Assembly (NCBI GenBank): GCA_036172245.1
Contig: JAYWIR010000051.1
Span: 496,001-560,000, forward strand
Length of the DNA stretch: 64,000 bases
Reading direction: 5' to 3'
Source: Raillietiella orientalis
Taxonomy: Eukaryota
Shown here: positions 40,378-52,400 of the stretch, in pieces
How positions within the stretch are numbered: the first letter of the stretch is position 1
Layout: every line of letters begins with the position of its first letter
Notes under the pieces: model-generated
What the model saw: the letters and a program-made list of their open reading frames with translations, nothing else
Databases searched by the model: none
Told to the model about the DNA's origin: nothing
Made by a program: the position numbers and the translations under genes

Positions 40378-43300
40378 TTCTTTTGAATGCAGTGGTTTCT
40401 ATTTCCTGTTCTCTAAGATGAATGCAAAGCCAAAAATCAGAAGTTGGAGTGTCGAGAATGGTCTGCAACGCGTCAGTTAGAGAGCATAATACGAAAATAC
40501 GCGAGAGAGGCAGATTCGTACACAGCCCGAGTACTAAGAACTCTTAAAAATAGCCGTTCGGAAAAGAGAGTACAGATAAAACGGATATCCAGGACTCCAG
40601 GTTTGTGCTGAGATATCATCATCATGAATGATTATCGGTTAGCTGTGCGGCAGCTACTCCCTCAAATGGGTGGTGGTCTTCTCTACGGCCAAATGAGACT
40701 CTCCAGAAGCGATGTGCATTACCGGGATTAGCCACAGCATCTACAAGAAATCTGGAAGAAAAAAAGGCAACGTCTACGTTTATCACCGCCACAAACTCTA
40801 ATAACAGCAGTGCTGAAAGTAAAGAACTGAATACAAAATGTGAACGCAGAATCCTTTCCTCTTCGAAGAAGTCCTTTTAGAAGTCCATTAGGAGGCATCT
40901 GGAAGAAAATTATCTGGGGGATGTAATGCAGCAAGAAGGCTCCATCGCCTTCCCTACCGAGGGAGCCGCGCAACTGCGCACACTTTTGTAGTGATATTTG
41001 TGCGGGTAAAAAATTCGACATTCAGCAACTGCGAACACCACAGACTGCTAGACAAATACTGCTGCGACGCTTCCCTGTGCGGCACAAAAATTCGGGAAGG
41101 AAAAATTTACGAAAGTCATCTCCTCGGAATTTTTCCCACATGCGTTTTCCATTCTGCTCCATGTATTCCGTCCTTTTTGGAAATCCTGGAATATTTGTCG
41201 GGAATTCCATGATTTGAACGTGGACGATCCTGTGGAGCCATCGAGGATGTGTGTACGGTTGTTTGCCAACGAAGCGACCGAATTTCCCAAACATTCAAAA
41301 CCCCATTCAGTCATGCACAGGAAGAAGTTCCATTCTGAGAAGACTGGGGCGGCCATCCGTGGGGCCGAGGTGCTCGGGGTTCATGGGTAAGATGCTACCA
41401 ACTTGCACAACGAAGAAAATGAGGCAGCTGCAACCGTGTTTCGTCCTTCCAAACGAGAAGCGTTCGGAAGGTATCTCGACTGAATGCCATCATAAAAAAT
41501 TACTCTTCGGCGCGGACCGTGTCGCCCAAACCAATTCTTCCGTCAACTGGATACACGTGTATCTACAGTAGAAGGTAGAAGGCTGCAATGGGCTTACAGG
41601 GGTTGACGGTTTCAGTACACCATTCCACTTCCCTTGTGTTCATCAATAACCACCGGTTGTCTCTGGATAATTTTCCAATATCCTTCACCTGATCGATTTC
41701 AGCAGCTTCATAGGTGTCACGTGGGTTCACATGCATTCCTCATTTAGCGTATGTGCAAAGTTTGGATCTTTTAGGATGATACAAGTTCCGTAAGGTTGCT
41801 GTAACGTGTAAAGTTTTTCCGTGGATGATATTCTTTTCGAGCTGCACGCTTGTTTGCCCTTGTCTGCATCGAATGCTCACGTGAAAAAACCCCCTGGTGG
41901 TTGCAGCCTTTGCCAATCTAATGTGAGTAAAATCTCGGCATCCTTTCATGAAAGCACTGAACGTCATGCCCTGCCTCCCTCTATCTCTTGCAACATGCAA
42001 GCTGCCAGTTGCTTCCAGGAAATCATCAGAACCAGAATGCATACCCACTTGAATCGCAATGCACAACTGGTTTCTTTTCATGGAAATACCATGACAACAG
42101 CATGGGGTATATCCACGTGGCTGTCCCCAAGCTCAACGTCATAGCATTGGCTATAGACTTTCCCATGCATGCCATGGATGGTCCTCCTTTCTGGTGCTGC
42201 CGCGTGTGGCGTTATTATTACCGTGCTATTTGATGATTCCGATAGAATAGTAGTGCGAATTACTGTGATTTGAAATGAGACTTCGGTAACGACTTGCAAA
42301 TTCGGAGAACAGAGAATCGAAATGTGCCAAGAAGCCCAGGCAAGCGGAACTTGCCATCCAAGAGGCAGTGTACGATAATCGGATGGTATCCCACCCGAAT
42401 GAGGTGTCATCATCAACGTTTTATTCAGTGTTTATTTTCGAATTGATGCACCGTTGGGGTGACCGCAGAGCTCGGTAATACCATTCGCTTACACCCATTC
42501 GATGAGAGGAACAGCTGACCCTCGGTGAATGCACACTTCGTACCAAGAGCAACCCAAAAGAAAAAATTGCACCGGATTTGTTTGATCGGACCCGGAATGC
42601 TGCAACAGATCAATGCTCTGTTCACTTGGATAGAGCATCTACTAATAAACAGTTGCAAACACATAAAATATGGACAAGCTGTGGTTTTTCCGCTGCTGAT
42701 TCTTGCTGACATTTTTTGCACACACACGCTTGTGTGTGTGTTACTTAGGATAAATTGCTCCCCTCATAATGCGTATCAATCCAGGAGAATCTGGAAGAGG
42801 GGGGGGGGGAAATAAATAAATCACAAAGCAGGCTGATGAATTTCAGTTTTTACTCTTCGTTTGTTCTCGATGGATCTGGTGACCACGTGGACGGCTTACG
42901 TCAGCTGCGCTTATGGAAGAAAAGATGCTTTTGTTCTGTCTGCTGTTCGTATGTTTTAAGTAAGAAAAAAAAAAAAGAGTGATGTGGGGAATGCGAGAGA
43001 TAATCCTGTGGATAGAGAGGAATCCAAAAGGTGCCACTTTTATAGAATGTTTCTTAAGGGAAACTCTCTGCTTTCGTCTCCGGAGTCCCCATTTTAAATG
43101 CACGGCTAATGACAAACAGGAAGAACTCATGACTCCCGAGGGCAATGTTTTCCATCCGCCCATGGTTTTTAAAAATGTTTCCCACTGCCCTTGGAACGTG
43201 GGCAGGGTGGATTGTGGGTCCTGCTGGGTCCCAGTGGCACGGGCGTGACCCGCGCAGCGAAGCTTTTTCGGTCTGGTCAGAAGAGCAGAAGAGCAGTGGG

Positions 43301-43784
43301 ATCGCCTGCGTATTCAGCCCCGACGACGGCCACGTCTGATTTCACGACCGCCGCTGCGGCCATTCCGTGGCCATCCCTGCCTTCGTTCCGAGCGATTAGG
43401 GAGGAAGAAGACTTTCGGGGCGCGACCGGGATCCGTAGGGGTATTCCCTCCCGAGGAAACGCGGTCGCGGGAGAGGGAAGGGACAAAGGAAAGAAAGTGC
43501 GACTGAGAGAGGCGGGCGGGAAGGACGGACGGGGGATTCGCAGGCGTTGTCCTGCGTTGTTCCCGGGGGCAATCGATGAAACTCGGCTCCCTCTTCCCCG
43601 TTGCGACGACGGGCTCCCGGAGCGGTCGGCCGTCCCCGGGCTGGCAGGCAGCCCTCCGACGTTTCGCCCGCACGCTGCGCTGCTGCACCCGCGGAAGGCC
43701 GCTGATTTCCACCACCGAGTCGCAAAACAGCAAATCGCCCCGAATGAGGCGCTGCTCAGTGCAGAAGTGATTTGTAATGCGGAG

Positions 43785-43791
43785 CCGCCGC

Positions 43792-43826
<35 letters not shown>
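43785..43826. repeat. (CCG)3(CTG)11 trinucleotide repeat
   Basis: Directly visible, about 270 nt upstream of the UBE2H start codon. Confidence 0.9.
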
Positions 43827-43829
<3 letters not shown>

Positions 43830-43982
43830 GTAGTGGTGGTGAATCGCGCGTCCCCCAGTGGTCGCCCCTACTGCTCGTCGGCTGGGTCGGGATCTGCGCT
43901 GGCAGTGGCGAGGAGAAGTGCACGGGAGATTATGCGACGCTAATGCGTATCTTCGAACAAAAGTGAAGATGTTGAATGTCTT

Positions 43983-43994
43983 TATGACGTCATA
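43983..43994. promoter_or_regulatory. Extended palindromic CRE (TATGACGTCATA) upstream of UBE2H
   Basis: 12-bp palindrome about 105 nt before the ATG. A second TGACGTCA lies at 44234-44241 in intron 1. Confidence 0.45.
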
Positions 43995-44097
43995 GAAAGT
44001 GTCGCCATTGTAAGGAATCGGTAACACACACGGGAAAATTTAAATACAGAGGGGAAGGCGTTGTGGAAGCGTTTTGTCTTGCTGAGGATCGTCCACC

Positions 44098-45563
44098 ATG
44101 TCCTCACCAAGCTCCGGGAAACGTCGTATCGACACGGACATCATCAAGCTGTATCCTTTTTGTGAATGTTCTGCTGAAACTGCAATTCGTGGGAGACGCA
44201 ATAACGAGCTGATTGTTTAAAACAGTTGTTTTGTGACGTCATGTTGTCAATTTTTGGCATTGCTTCCCCCCCCCCTCCTCCCCCCTTTGAAAACTTACCA
44301 CCCTTTTATCATCCGAATGTAATTCGGATGATGATTGGCACTGTCCGTAAAAATGATTCATGCATTCAATTTTGTGTCAAGTAGGTGGTGAGCTTGGAAC
44401 GACACGAAAACTAGCGTTTCAAGCCAGTTTTAGCTGTCTCAGATATAAGAAATTCGAAAATAAGATATGTATTCCCTTTTTGGAATTTCAAGCACCCCTA
44501 TGCAAGCAGCAGCCAGTGTGATATGCTCTGCAGTGTAGCAGGAAGGCTTCCACCAAAATGCCTTTAGCTCCACTCAGATACAGAGCTTCACTTTCCCCGA
44601 ATTCGAATATCCCCTTGCATGTTCACATTAAGCAAAGGTTTTGGCATTTTTACCAAGCATGCATATCCATGGATATTTGTGCTTAGTAAATGAGACAAGG
44701 ACCGGGTTCGTTCAAATTTCAAGTAAACGATTTTTGTATTAGAGATTTTCAACAGAATGGCAAATTGTTGTGATGATAACATGTTGGTCGTGTTTAGTAG
44801 TTAAGTCATTGGGCCCGTAACTGTTATGAAATCCCTTAAATATAGCCTAGTATTGAGAGTAAACATGAAGTTACAGTCCTAAATGGGTTGAATGAATTCA
44901 GTGTTAAATTTTATGGTCCTTGTGGCAGTAAGTTTTCAACATTAATGGTAAAGCCTTTTTTACATGCAGCATTAGCTTCATATGAAGGTGGTGTATGGAA
45001 AGTAAGAGTGCATCTTCCAGAACACTATCCTTTCAAGTCTCCATCCATTGGTTTTATGAACAAGATATTTCACCCAAATATTGATGAAGTATCAGGAACT
45101 GTTTGCTTAGATGTGATCAACCAAGCATGGACAGCCATATATGGTGAGCATTTAGTTGCACTGATCTTGTAGACAAGCAAGTACCCTTTATCAAGTTTAT
45201 CAAAGCATGGCAATGTTTTATAACAAAGCGTAGTCTATGCTTTTCAGACTTATCCAACATTTTTGAATCCTTCTTGCCACAATTGCTAACTTATCCTAAT
45301 CCAATTGATCCTCTGAATGGGGATGCAGCCTCTATGTACTTACACAAACCTGAAGAATATAAAAAGAAAGTCCAAGGTAAGGTTGCCATTCTACTTGCAT
45401 TATGTGCAGATGCGTATTAATATCGTACATAGAATATGTGCAAAAATATGCTACGGAGGAAGCACTTCGTGAACAGGAACAAAATGATTCTTCCAGTAGT
45501 GAGTCTACCATGTCAGATTTCAGTGATTTTAGTGAGGACGAAGCCAGAGATATGGACATATAA
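44098..45563 (+). CDS. UBE2H: Ubiquitin-conjugating enzyme E2 H (Ubc8 ortholog), 5 exons, 185 aa
   Basis: Exons 44098-44150, 44851-44927, 44976-45143, 45248-45376 and 45433-45563 (558 nt) give [154 protein letters not shown]...[13 protein letters not shown]. The HPN motif, catalytic Cys and acidic tail are characteristic of UBE2H. The start context is CCACCATG. Confidence 0.97.
44151..44850 (+). other. U12-type (minor spliceosome) GT-AG intron, UBE2H intron 1
   Basis: The 5' splice site is GTATCCTTTT. A branch-site-like TCCCTTAAA (44832-44840) ends 10 nt before the TAG acceptor, and there is no polypyrimidine tract. Both boundaries are fixed independently by protein homology (KL|IESKH). Confidence 0.9.
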
Positions 45564-45673
45564 TATGATTTTATTTAATTTTATTTTTTTTTAGTTTAAA
45601 TTTGCAATATATAAAGACAGCTATTATAAACATCGATATACCCATAAAATCTATATATTGTACATAAGAGTAT

Positions 45674-45704
45674 AATAAAATGAGATAAATTCCTAAATAA
45701 TAAA
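45674..45704 (+). promoter_or_regulatory. Putative tandem polyadenylation signals of UBE2H
   Basis: AATAAA at 45674-45679 and 45699-45704 in an AT-rich 3' region. Confidence 0.55.
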
Positions 45705-48700
45705 AGGAAACGCAATTCTCCTTTCCCCAAGAAATGTTCCCTTTATGTAGTACCAGTGGTATCTGTTGTCGTGTTTCAGATTGAAATTACTGTTGCTTCT
45801 AAGGCACAGTTGACTGGAACTTTGTGTAGCTCTCAGGTAATTCACCAAAACCTGTTGTATTTATTGTTGATTTTACTGGATGCACTACTGTGCATTTTAC
45901 TCAACAGAAATATGTGTATATTATATGTTTATTCAGATTTTTATTTGTATATTGTGTGACCATCTTATATTTTTGATTACTATTGTTTCCCTCACATGTT
46001 TGTGTGATTGTTCCAAATAACAGCATGTGTTAAATTAGTGCGGGATTTTACATTTCCAACCTTCATTCAGATATTTTGGCCTCATAGCTGTTGTCACAAG
46101 TAATGATTCTAGTTTTGGAAAATTTCGAATGAAATTTTGATTACTAGTTCTTTGTAATTATGTTTTCACTGAACTTGCAAAAATCAGTTGAGAAGTTTCA
46201 AGACTTGGGAAACCCAGAACAAAAAGTATATTCCAAATTGAACTTTGTACGTAAATTGCAGTTAGATTGTCTGCTGAAGTGTTTTAGTAGGTGGTTGGGG
46301 CAAGCTTGCACCTTATGGTAAGCATAAGAGAGTCTAGTTGTTCAGGCTTTAGCATGAGATCTCTGTGAACTCACTGTGTTGCATTTGCTGCCATATGTTG
46401 GGAGGAAATGTTACCCTGAAAGTGCTATCTGTTACCTTATTTTAAATTGTTTGCTGTGTGGGTTGTGAATGCCTTGTCATTGGGCACAAAGCTGGCTCAT
46501 ATTTTGGTCTCTGCATTTGAACCTTCAGTTGTCAAAATTGCAAGCAGCGTTATTCAGTGTGTTCCTGTGATATCCAGCATGCACAACCATTGAATTTGCA
46601 TCATTTTTGCTCCAGATTGCTCTTTGGGTTACTATTAATTTTTTGGAGGAAAAACCAACAGACTGAAAGAGAAAGGAATATCACTGGCAAATATTTTGTT
46701 AAACTTAACAAAATAACATGCAAGTTCCATGGTAGCCTTGTTATTTGTTTATTTTTGTTTATCCGTAATGGAATCGCTTTTGTTTTATGTGTACCAAGGC
46801 CTCATTCAAATCATACCATAAGTGGAGGAGGATTAAGTGTGAAATCAGAAATGTAAAAAGGAAAAAAAAACGGAAGAAAATAGAAGCAGATGGCCCTTAA
46901 TTAATTGAGTAGATACCGTGTGTGTGTGGGGGGGGAAACAAGATTATTTAACACCCAGTGCCTTTTTTTGGGAAAATTTAATGCTCCTTTTTCCTTGTTG
47001 TTATGCTGCATGGAAGGTTAAATGTGTGAAGTCCACCGCGTTCCCCCAGGGCACCATATTTCGACTTGCTCACTGTTGCGGGTCACCACTTTCGCCATCG
47101 CTGATGGAGGTGTGCAGGTCGCGTTTTGCCATATGAAACCATCTGCACATTGGAAAGTTCCTATGCTGACCGCTCGCGAGTTCCATTTTTCCTCCCGAGT
47201 CCCAGGTAGTGACAGCGCCAGAACCGTGTGGCAGATGGGGCGAGGTTGTTTGCCCCAAAGTCCTCGAGCGCAACATGGCTTCCGTTTTTCCCTTGTCGGT
47301 CATGTTCAGTTCATGAGGGATAACCCCTGCAGACGTGTCACGGACGGAGGATATTACCACTGAGGTCATATTGTAGCGGAATGTGGAACTCCGGTCTCGG
47401 GCACGTGCAGCTTTGTTTTGAAAAGCCTTCGCTTCCGAGCAGCTCTTGCGAATTCCTTTCGGGAACGCTGACGATGAATCCGTCGTCCGTGATGGCGACG
47501 AAATGACGCCTCTTGGAAATGTAGGCGGCAGATCTATTTGCAAGAGCAGGTGGTGGTATGGATGGTGCAGAGCAGTGTGGAAAGCCGCGACATCCTTTGG
47601 TCAAGATTTCGACCGTATAGGAAATTCGAGAATGATCTGAAAAGCACCGAAAGCACATTCCATGCGAACGAAGAAGCATGAGGTGGTTCTGCACGTGGTT
47701 TGTGCTCGTCCTGATCAAAGTATTTCTTGCACCGATAGACCGTGCGCATTTCTAGTTCACTTCTGGTTGACCGGGCCGTGTTGGAACTAACGGTTTTGCT
47801 TCCAGGCAGGCACGTAGAGGGAAACTCGTGCAGAGCCCCACGAAGAACGGCGATTTCAGACCCATGGCAAGCGCAGAAAACTGCGAGACTGCTCCAGGGT
47901 GACCGAAGGGAAGTGGAAACCTCGAGAGTGTTCGCTGGGAAACAACATCCAGAAAACGATCAAAGAAGAATCGCATGGAGAAGCGAAGCTCTTACCCTTG
48001 GTAGTGGTCTTTGCGTGGTTGAGGCTTGATTTGGAAGTCGGGTGGCCATTCGATCTTCTGCTCATGCAGGGTGCCGTAGAGCTTCCTTTCCGAATTGCAG
48101 GATGGAAACAAAAGGTGCCGAGGCATCCCGATCGATTCGGGATTATGCGTAGCAGACCATTCTTCGTAGTGGACCTGTGCGTGGACTGAGAAAAACACTG
48201 CTTGTGAGAGCAGGAAATCCAAGCGAAGGACGTCAGATGACAAATGAGGGATTTCTGTCGCCAACAGCAACAACCATTGTGTTTTTCACACAGGAAATTG
48301 CTGCCGATTGGAGGCAGGCAAGCAGTGCGTCTCCCGCACCAGAGGAAGTGTGTGTACAAGTCCAGAGTCCGAGAGATGCAAGCGTGTATATCCCCGAAAT
48401 AGTGCTTCGTAGAATGCTTTGCAGAATGGATCGTCCTAGGCAGTGAAAATAGTAGAATTCAGCATTTAGAGTTCGTAATGCAAGTGAGCCTTTTCAGGAA
48501 TGGGTATGTAAATGGAAAGCATGCAAGATCAGATGAGGGGGGCGGGAATAATCGTCTCACGAGAGAGGCTTCTTCAAGTACGCTTTGCAAGAAGTTTTGA
48601 AGATTCCCAAAGAATTCTTATGAATCGGATACAACTATAAGGTTGGAATAATCCCGTGCCTATCAAAAATGTACGTTGCTTTGTTATTAAGTCCGATGGC

Positions 48701-49391
48701 TAATACGACATGGAATGCAAGTGGATACGGCCTGGGAAACTTTCCCGATCGGTTTGATCCTCAGATCGTTGGTCAGGTGCAGGGAAGCTCCTCAGAAATT
48801 GGACAGGGTGGTGGTCGGTCACAAGGGCCCATTTGGTTTTTTTTTGTGACGAGTTGTGTTGCTGTGTGCTGGTTTTTGTTCCCTTTTGTGAGGGCAGGAC
48901 AACGAGGTGGTCCTTTCGAAGATGAACTTTTTGGCAAAGCATCAGCGGTGCTTGGGAATCCAATCAATGTTCCAGAAATCACTTAATCATGGATATGTAA
49001 CAAATTTGAAACAGATCAAAAACAAATCAGATCAAATCTTGAAGATTTGATCCTTATGGAACACTAAATAAAGATACTAGGTGTGAAGCGTACGTAGTCG
49101 AATGAAGCCACATAATGAATTCCAAGGTCACTCTAGTCAAGAGAGTTGCATTCGTAGAACGAACACCAACACCAGTGCTTCCGAGAGGGCATTTTTTGGA
49201 AAATACCAATTTCAGTTCCCGAATCCGGAAGTGGAAGCCCTCAAGCTGCGATAAAAGGCAGCTCAGGACTGTTTCTTCTGAAAGTAAATTGCTCTGTTGC
49301 TTTGACTGTCGAGTTTCTGGATGTTTCTAACGTCGAAATGCAGTAGGTGGCGGCACCGCGGTTGAATACTTGGTGAACCTCCTGCCATCGG

Positions 49392-49393
<2 letters not shown>

Positions 49394-49424
<31 letters not shown>
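49394..49424. repeat. Poly(T) homopolymer (~30 nt)
   Basis: Directly visible. Confidence 0.9.
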
Positions 49425-49427
<3 letters not shown>

Positions 49428-52400
49428 CGTGGTCCATTGCTTTCGTGAATTCCGAAATGGGGGACATTAGGTGATTTGTCTGGTCATCAAAATTCATGAC
49501 CATGAAATTCCAATGATTATCACTGGACACAATCGCGCATCCGTAACTGAAGAGAAACAACCATTTCGCTCGGATTGCCAGCGCTCTTGTTTCGTGTTAA
49601 TCCATGTCTTCTGCAGCCACGCTTTCCGAATGGTCCAACTTTGGCAAATGCTTCTCGTCATACCGCTCGAAGATTGTAGGTGTAATGGTTTCTATCTTGG
49701 AAACCATGCCCTCGTTACCTGCGCCAAGACAAGCCTGGACGTGACAGCCGCAAGAAATGAAAGCGTGCGGTCGCAATGTATTGAAAGAAAGTGTGTAAAG
49801 ACCAACACCACTGCCTGTTGGAGACACGGAAACACGTGATCAGGCGAGTTGCATAATAGAGCTGAAGAATAATTCCGGGTGCGATGCGAAGATAGCCATT
49901 CCCCGTTGGCCGCAACATAAATACAAACTTTCTCATTGTGACCCCGTAAATGTCACAGAAGCCCACGCAGACTGGGGCATGGGGATGGAATCTGAAGGCC
50001 TCCTCGGGCAGGAGGTACTGTCATGGTTTCTTTTCATGCTTTCACAAATTTGGGCAAATGGTAGATTTCATCGCGTAATTAAACAGTGCACGGTCACACC
50101 CGTTGCTTAGGAAGCGTATTGCGTTCCAGAAGCAGTGCTTTTTTCTAATGACGACGATGAGAGCAAGGGGGGTCGGGCGTGATGATACCGGAGGAGGGAG
50201 TTGCAAGGAAATTCCAAAGGATGCACATTTGGTTTAGCAAGGTCTTTTCGTATGCCATCGTGGCCCGTGGACCCCTCGACACTGGTTGGGTTTTCAGACG
50301 TTTGCTTTTTTTGGAAATGAAGATCAAGTAATTAAAAGGAAAGTGAAAAACGAAGACAGCTACCCACTATCGAATCGGGATGAAAACTTGTATGAAACAG
50401 GAATCACGACTGTGAGCAATCAAATGTTGCTTTTTCCTTAACTGATGCTTGGAGTCATTGGGGTGAAATGCCTCTGATGATTAATCTAACCCTTTCAACC
50501 GCGTGCCTTGGTTTCTTTGCTCATTTCTTGCTGTTTGTTTCTGAAAATCTGGACTCGTGTTTTATTTCATCTTTTATTTGATGGATCAAGTTTTTTTGCT
50601 CTCCACCTCCTCAGCTTCGGCTGTTAGTGGAAGGCAGGAAAGGCGTATCGTTAACTGCAAACAACAAAATTGTTTACAAGCCAGACTGCTTGTTCCATAT
50701 GGTAAGCACCGGATCATTTTAACATGAGGGTTTCAGCCAATGGCTGACGTCGCGCCGCAAGAAAATCCGTTTTTCAATGGTTTCACTCATTCCCGAATAG
50801 CAGGGAAAGGTGACTGCCATTATGGTGGCGCACAATTTTCAATTGTGTGAAACGCCGGTGGCCCTAAAACTCAAAGCCGGAAAAAAAAAACTCCGACCGG
50901 CGCTCGTAGAAAAGTCTGCTGGGTCTGAACTCTGATCACGGGGTGCGGGATCCTCAGGAATACAGTTATTCGGAAAGTCCCCTTTTGGCCGATGTCCCCT
51001 ATTTCCGGTGCTCTTCGCTCCATCAACCAACAGCGCTCGTTTCATCATCGCGTTTTGCTACTGCTGAACACAGTCTCCGTCTCTCTGCTCGCAGTTGGTC
51101 TTCTTCCTGCGCCACTACCTTGTCACCATCACGACGGCGATTGCCTTCACAGCGCTCGTCTGACGCAACTAGCTCGTCTGTAGGAATGCGTCGTTGCGAA
51201 AAGAAAAATAGAAGATGCCACCTCACCACGCCTACTTACAGGCTGAGCCGTGGAGTTCTGATCGCTGTGATCAGAAGAGCGGACCGCACATACACCGGCC
51301 TGATTGGCACTCGGAAAATGCTGTTAGAGGATTTGTGTTTTGGGCTCTGAAGGAGAAGAACGAAAGATGTCCATGCGCGTGCATGGATGAGTTGCCCCTG
51401 GAAACTTCGAGGCCCACTCCATGGATCCGTGAAGAAGCTTACCGGAAATTCTGGTCTCCGTGCTCCCCTCCCCCTCCCCTCCCCACGGCACACGGACGCG
51501 TGCACGCAGACGTTTCCTGCTTAGAACACGCAAGATACTTTCCTTTTGTGCAAACGAAGCCGACATCGGAGACGGGAAGTATTTCGGAGTCCCCGACTTC
51601 CTCAGAGGCTTTCGATCCGGATCTGGAAATCCACCCCAACTTCCGAAGGTAAAGCTCTCGGCCACAGGAATATCAGCTACCTCTATCTTCCGCCTATTTC
51701 AGCGTGCGGCCATAAATCACGGACCCGTTAATGTGCGTGGTTTTGCATATGCAAATGGCGCGCTCTGCAAGCCAGCATCTGCCTACCCTCATTTCGCCAC
51801 TGGCGCACAAGTGATGCTTGTGTATGTAACATAACATCAGCACCAGCTCAAACAACAATCCGTTCATTAAATACATTATGCCGTGTAATATATATTCATA
51901 GTGGTCCTTGATAAGGTCAAAGTACACGATTAACAAAGCACAGAGTAAATGCTGCAAAGTAAGATTCAGGATTGGTTTCTTGTCTCACTGAATCTGTTTC
52001 ATTCACCGATGCTTTTTCCACAATCCGCTCGTTTCTAAAGGCAGCTGAAATTCGGAGCGGCTTACCGGAATTCGAGTTTCGGGTTTTACGGAAGCGCCTT
52101 TGGTTACCACCACTCCTTCGCATGACGGAATGAAGTGGCCAGTCGCGATCATTGCTTGACGACTACCAACCACTGCAGGTGGTGGTCACTTCGCTCGTCA
52201 TAGGGACCACAGGTATTCTTTTTGCCGAGCGATTCGTCGCGGAACGAAAGCGTCCCCGGGCATCTCTGTGTTTTCTTGCAGGCGGCGAAAATGGAAGCTC
52301 AAGAGTGCGAAAGGTCATCCCGTTTTCGGATTGTGGCCCAATTGTCCGCCGCGTGTTCGGAGCTTCCTCGGACTGCTCCCCTGTTGTTTCCGCCGCGGAC

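Noticed and set aside
47338..47535. Minus frame RSAAYISKRRHFVAITDDG, faintly like an FGF C-terminal strand
   Set aside because: No other FGF core motifs in adjacent frames; the similarity is too short.
50431..50454. Consensus U12 branch site TTCCTTAAC followed by AG
   Set aside because: No nearby U12 donor and no recognisable downstream exon; compatible with chance.
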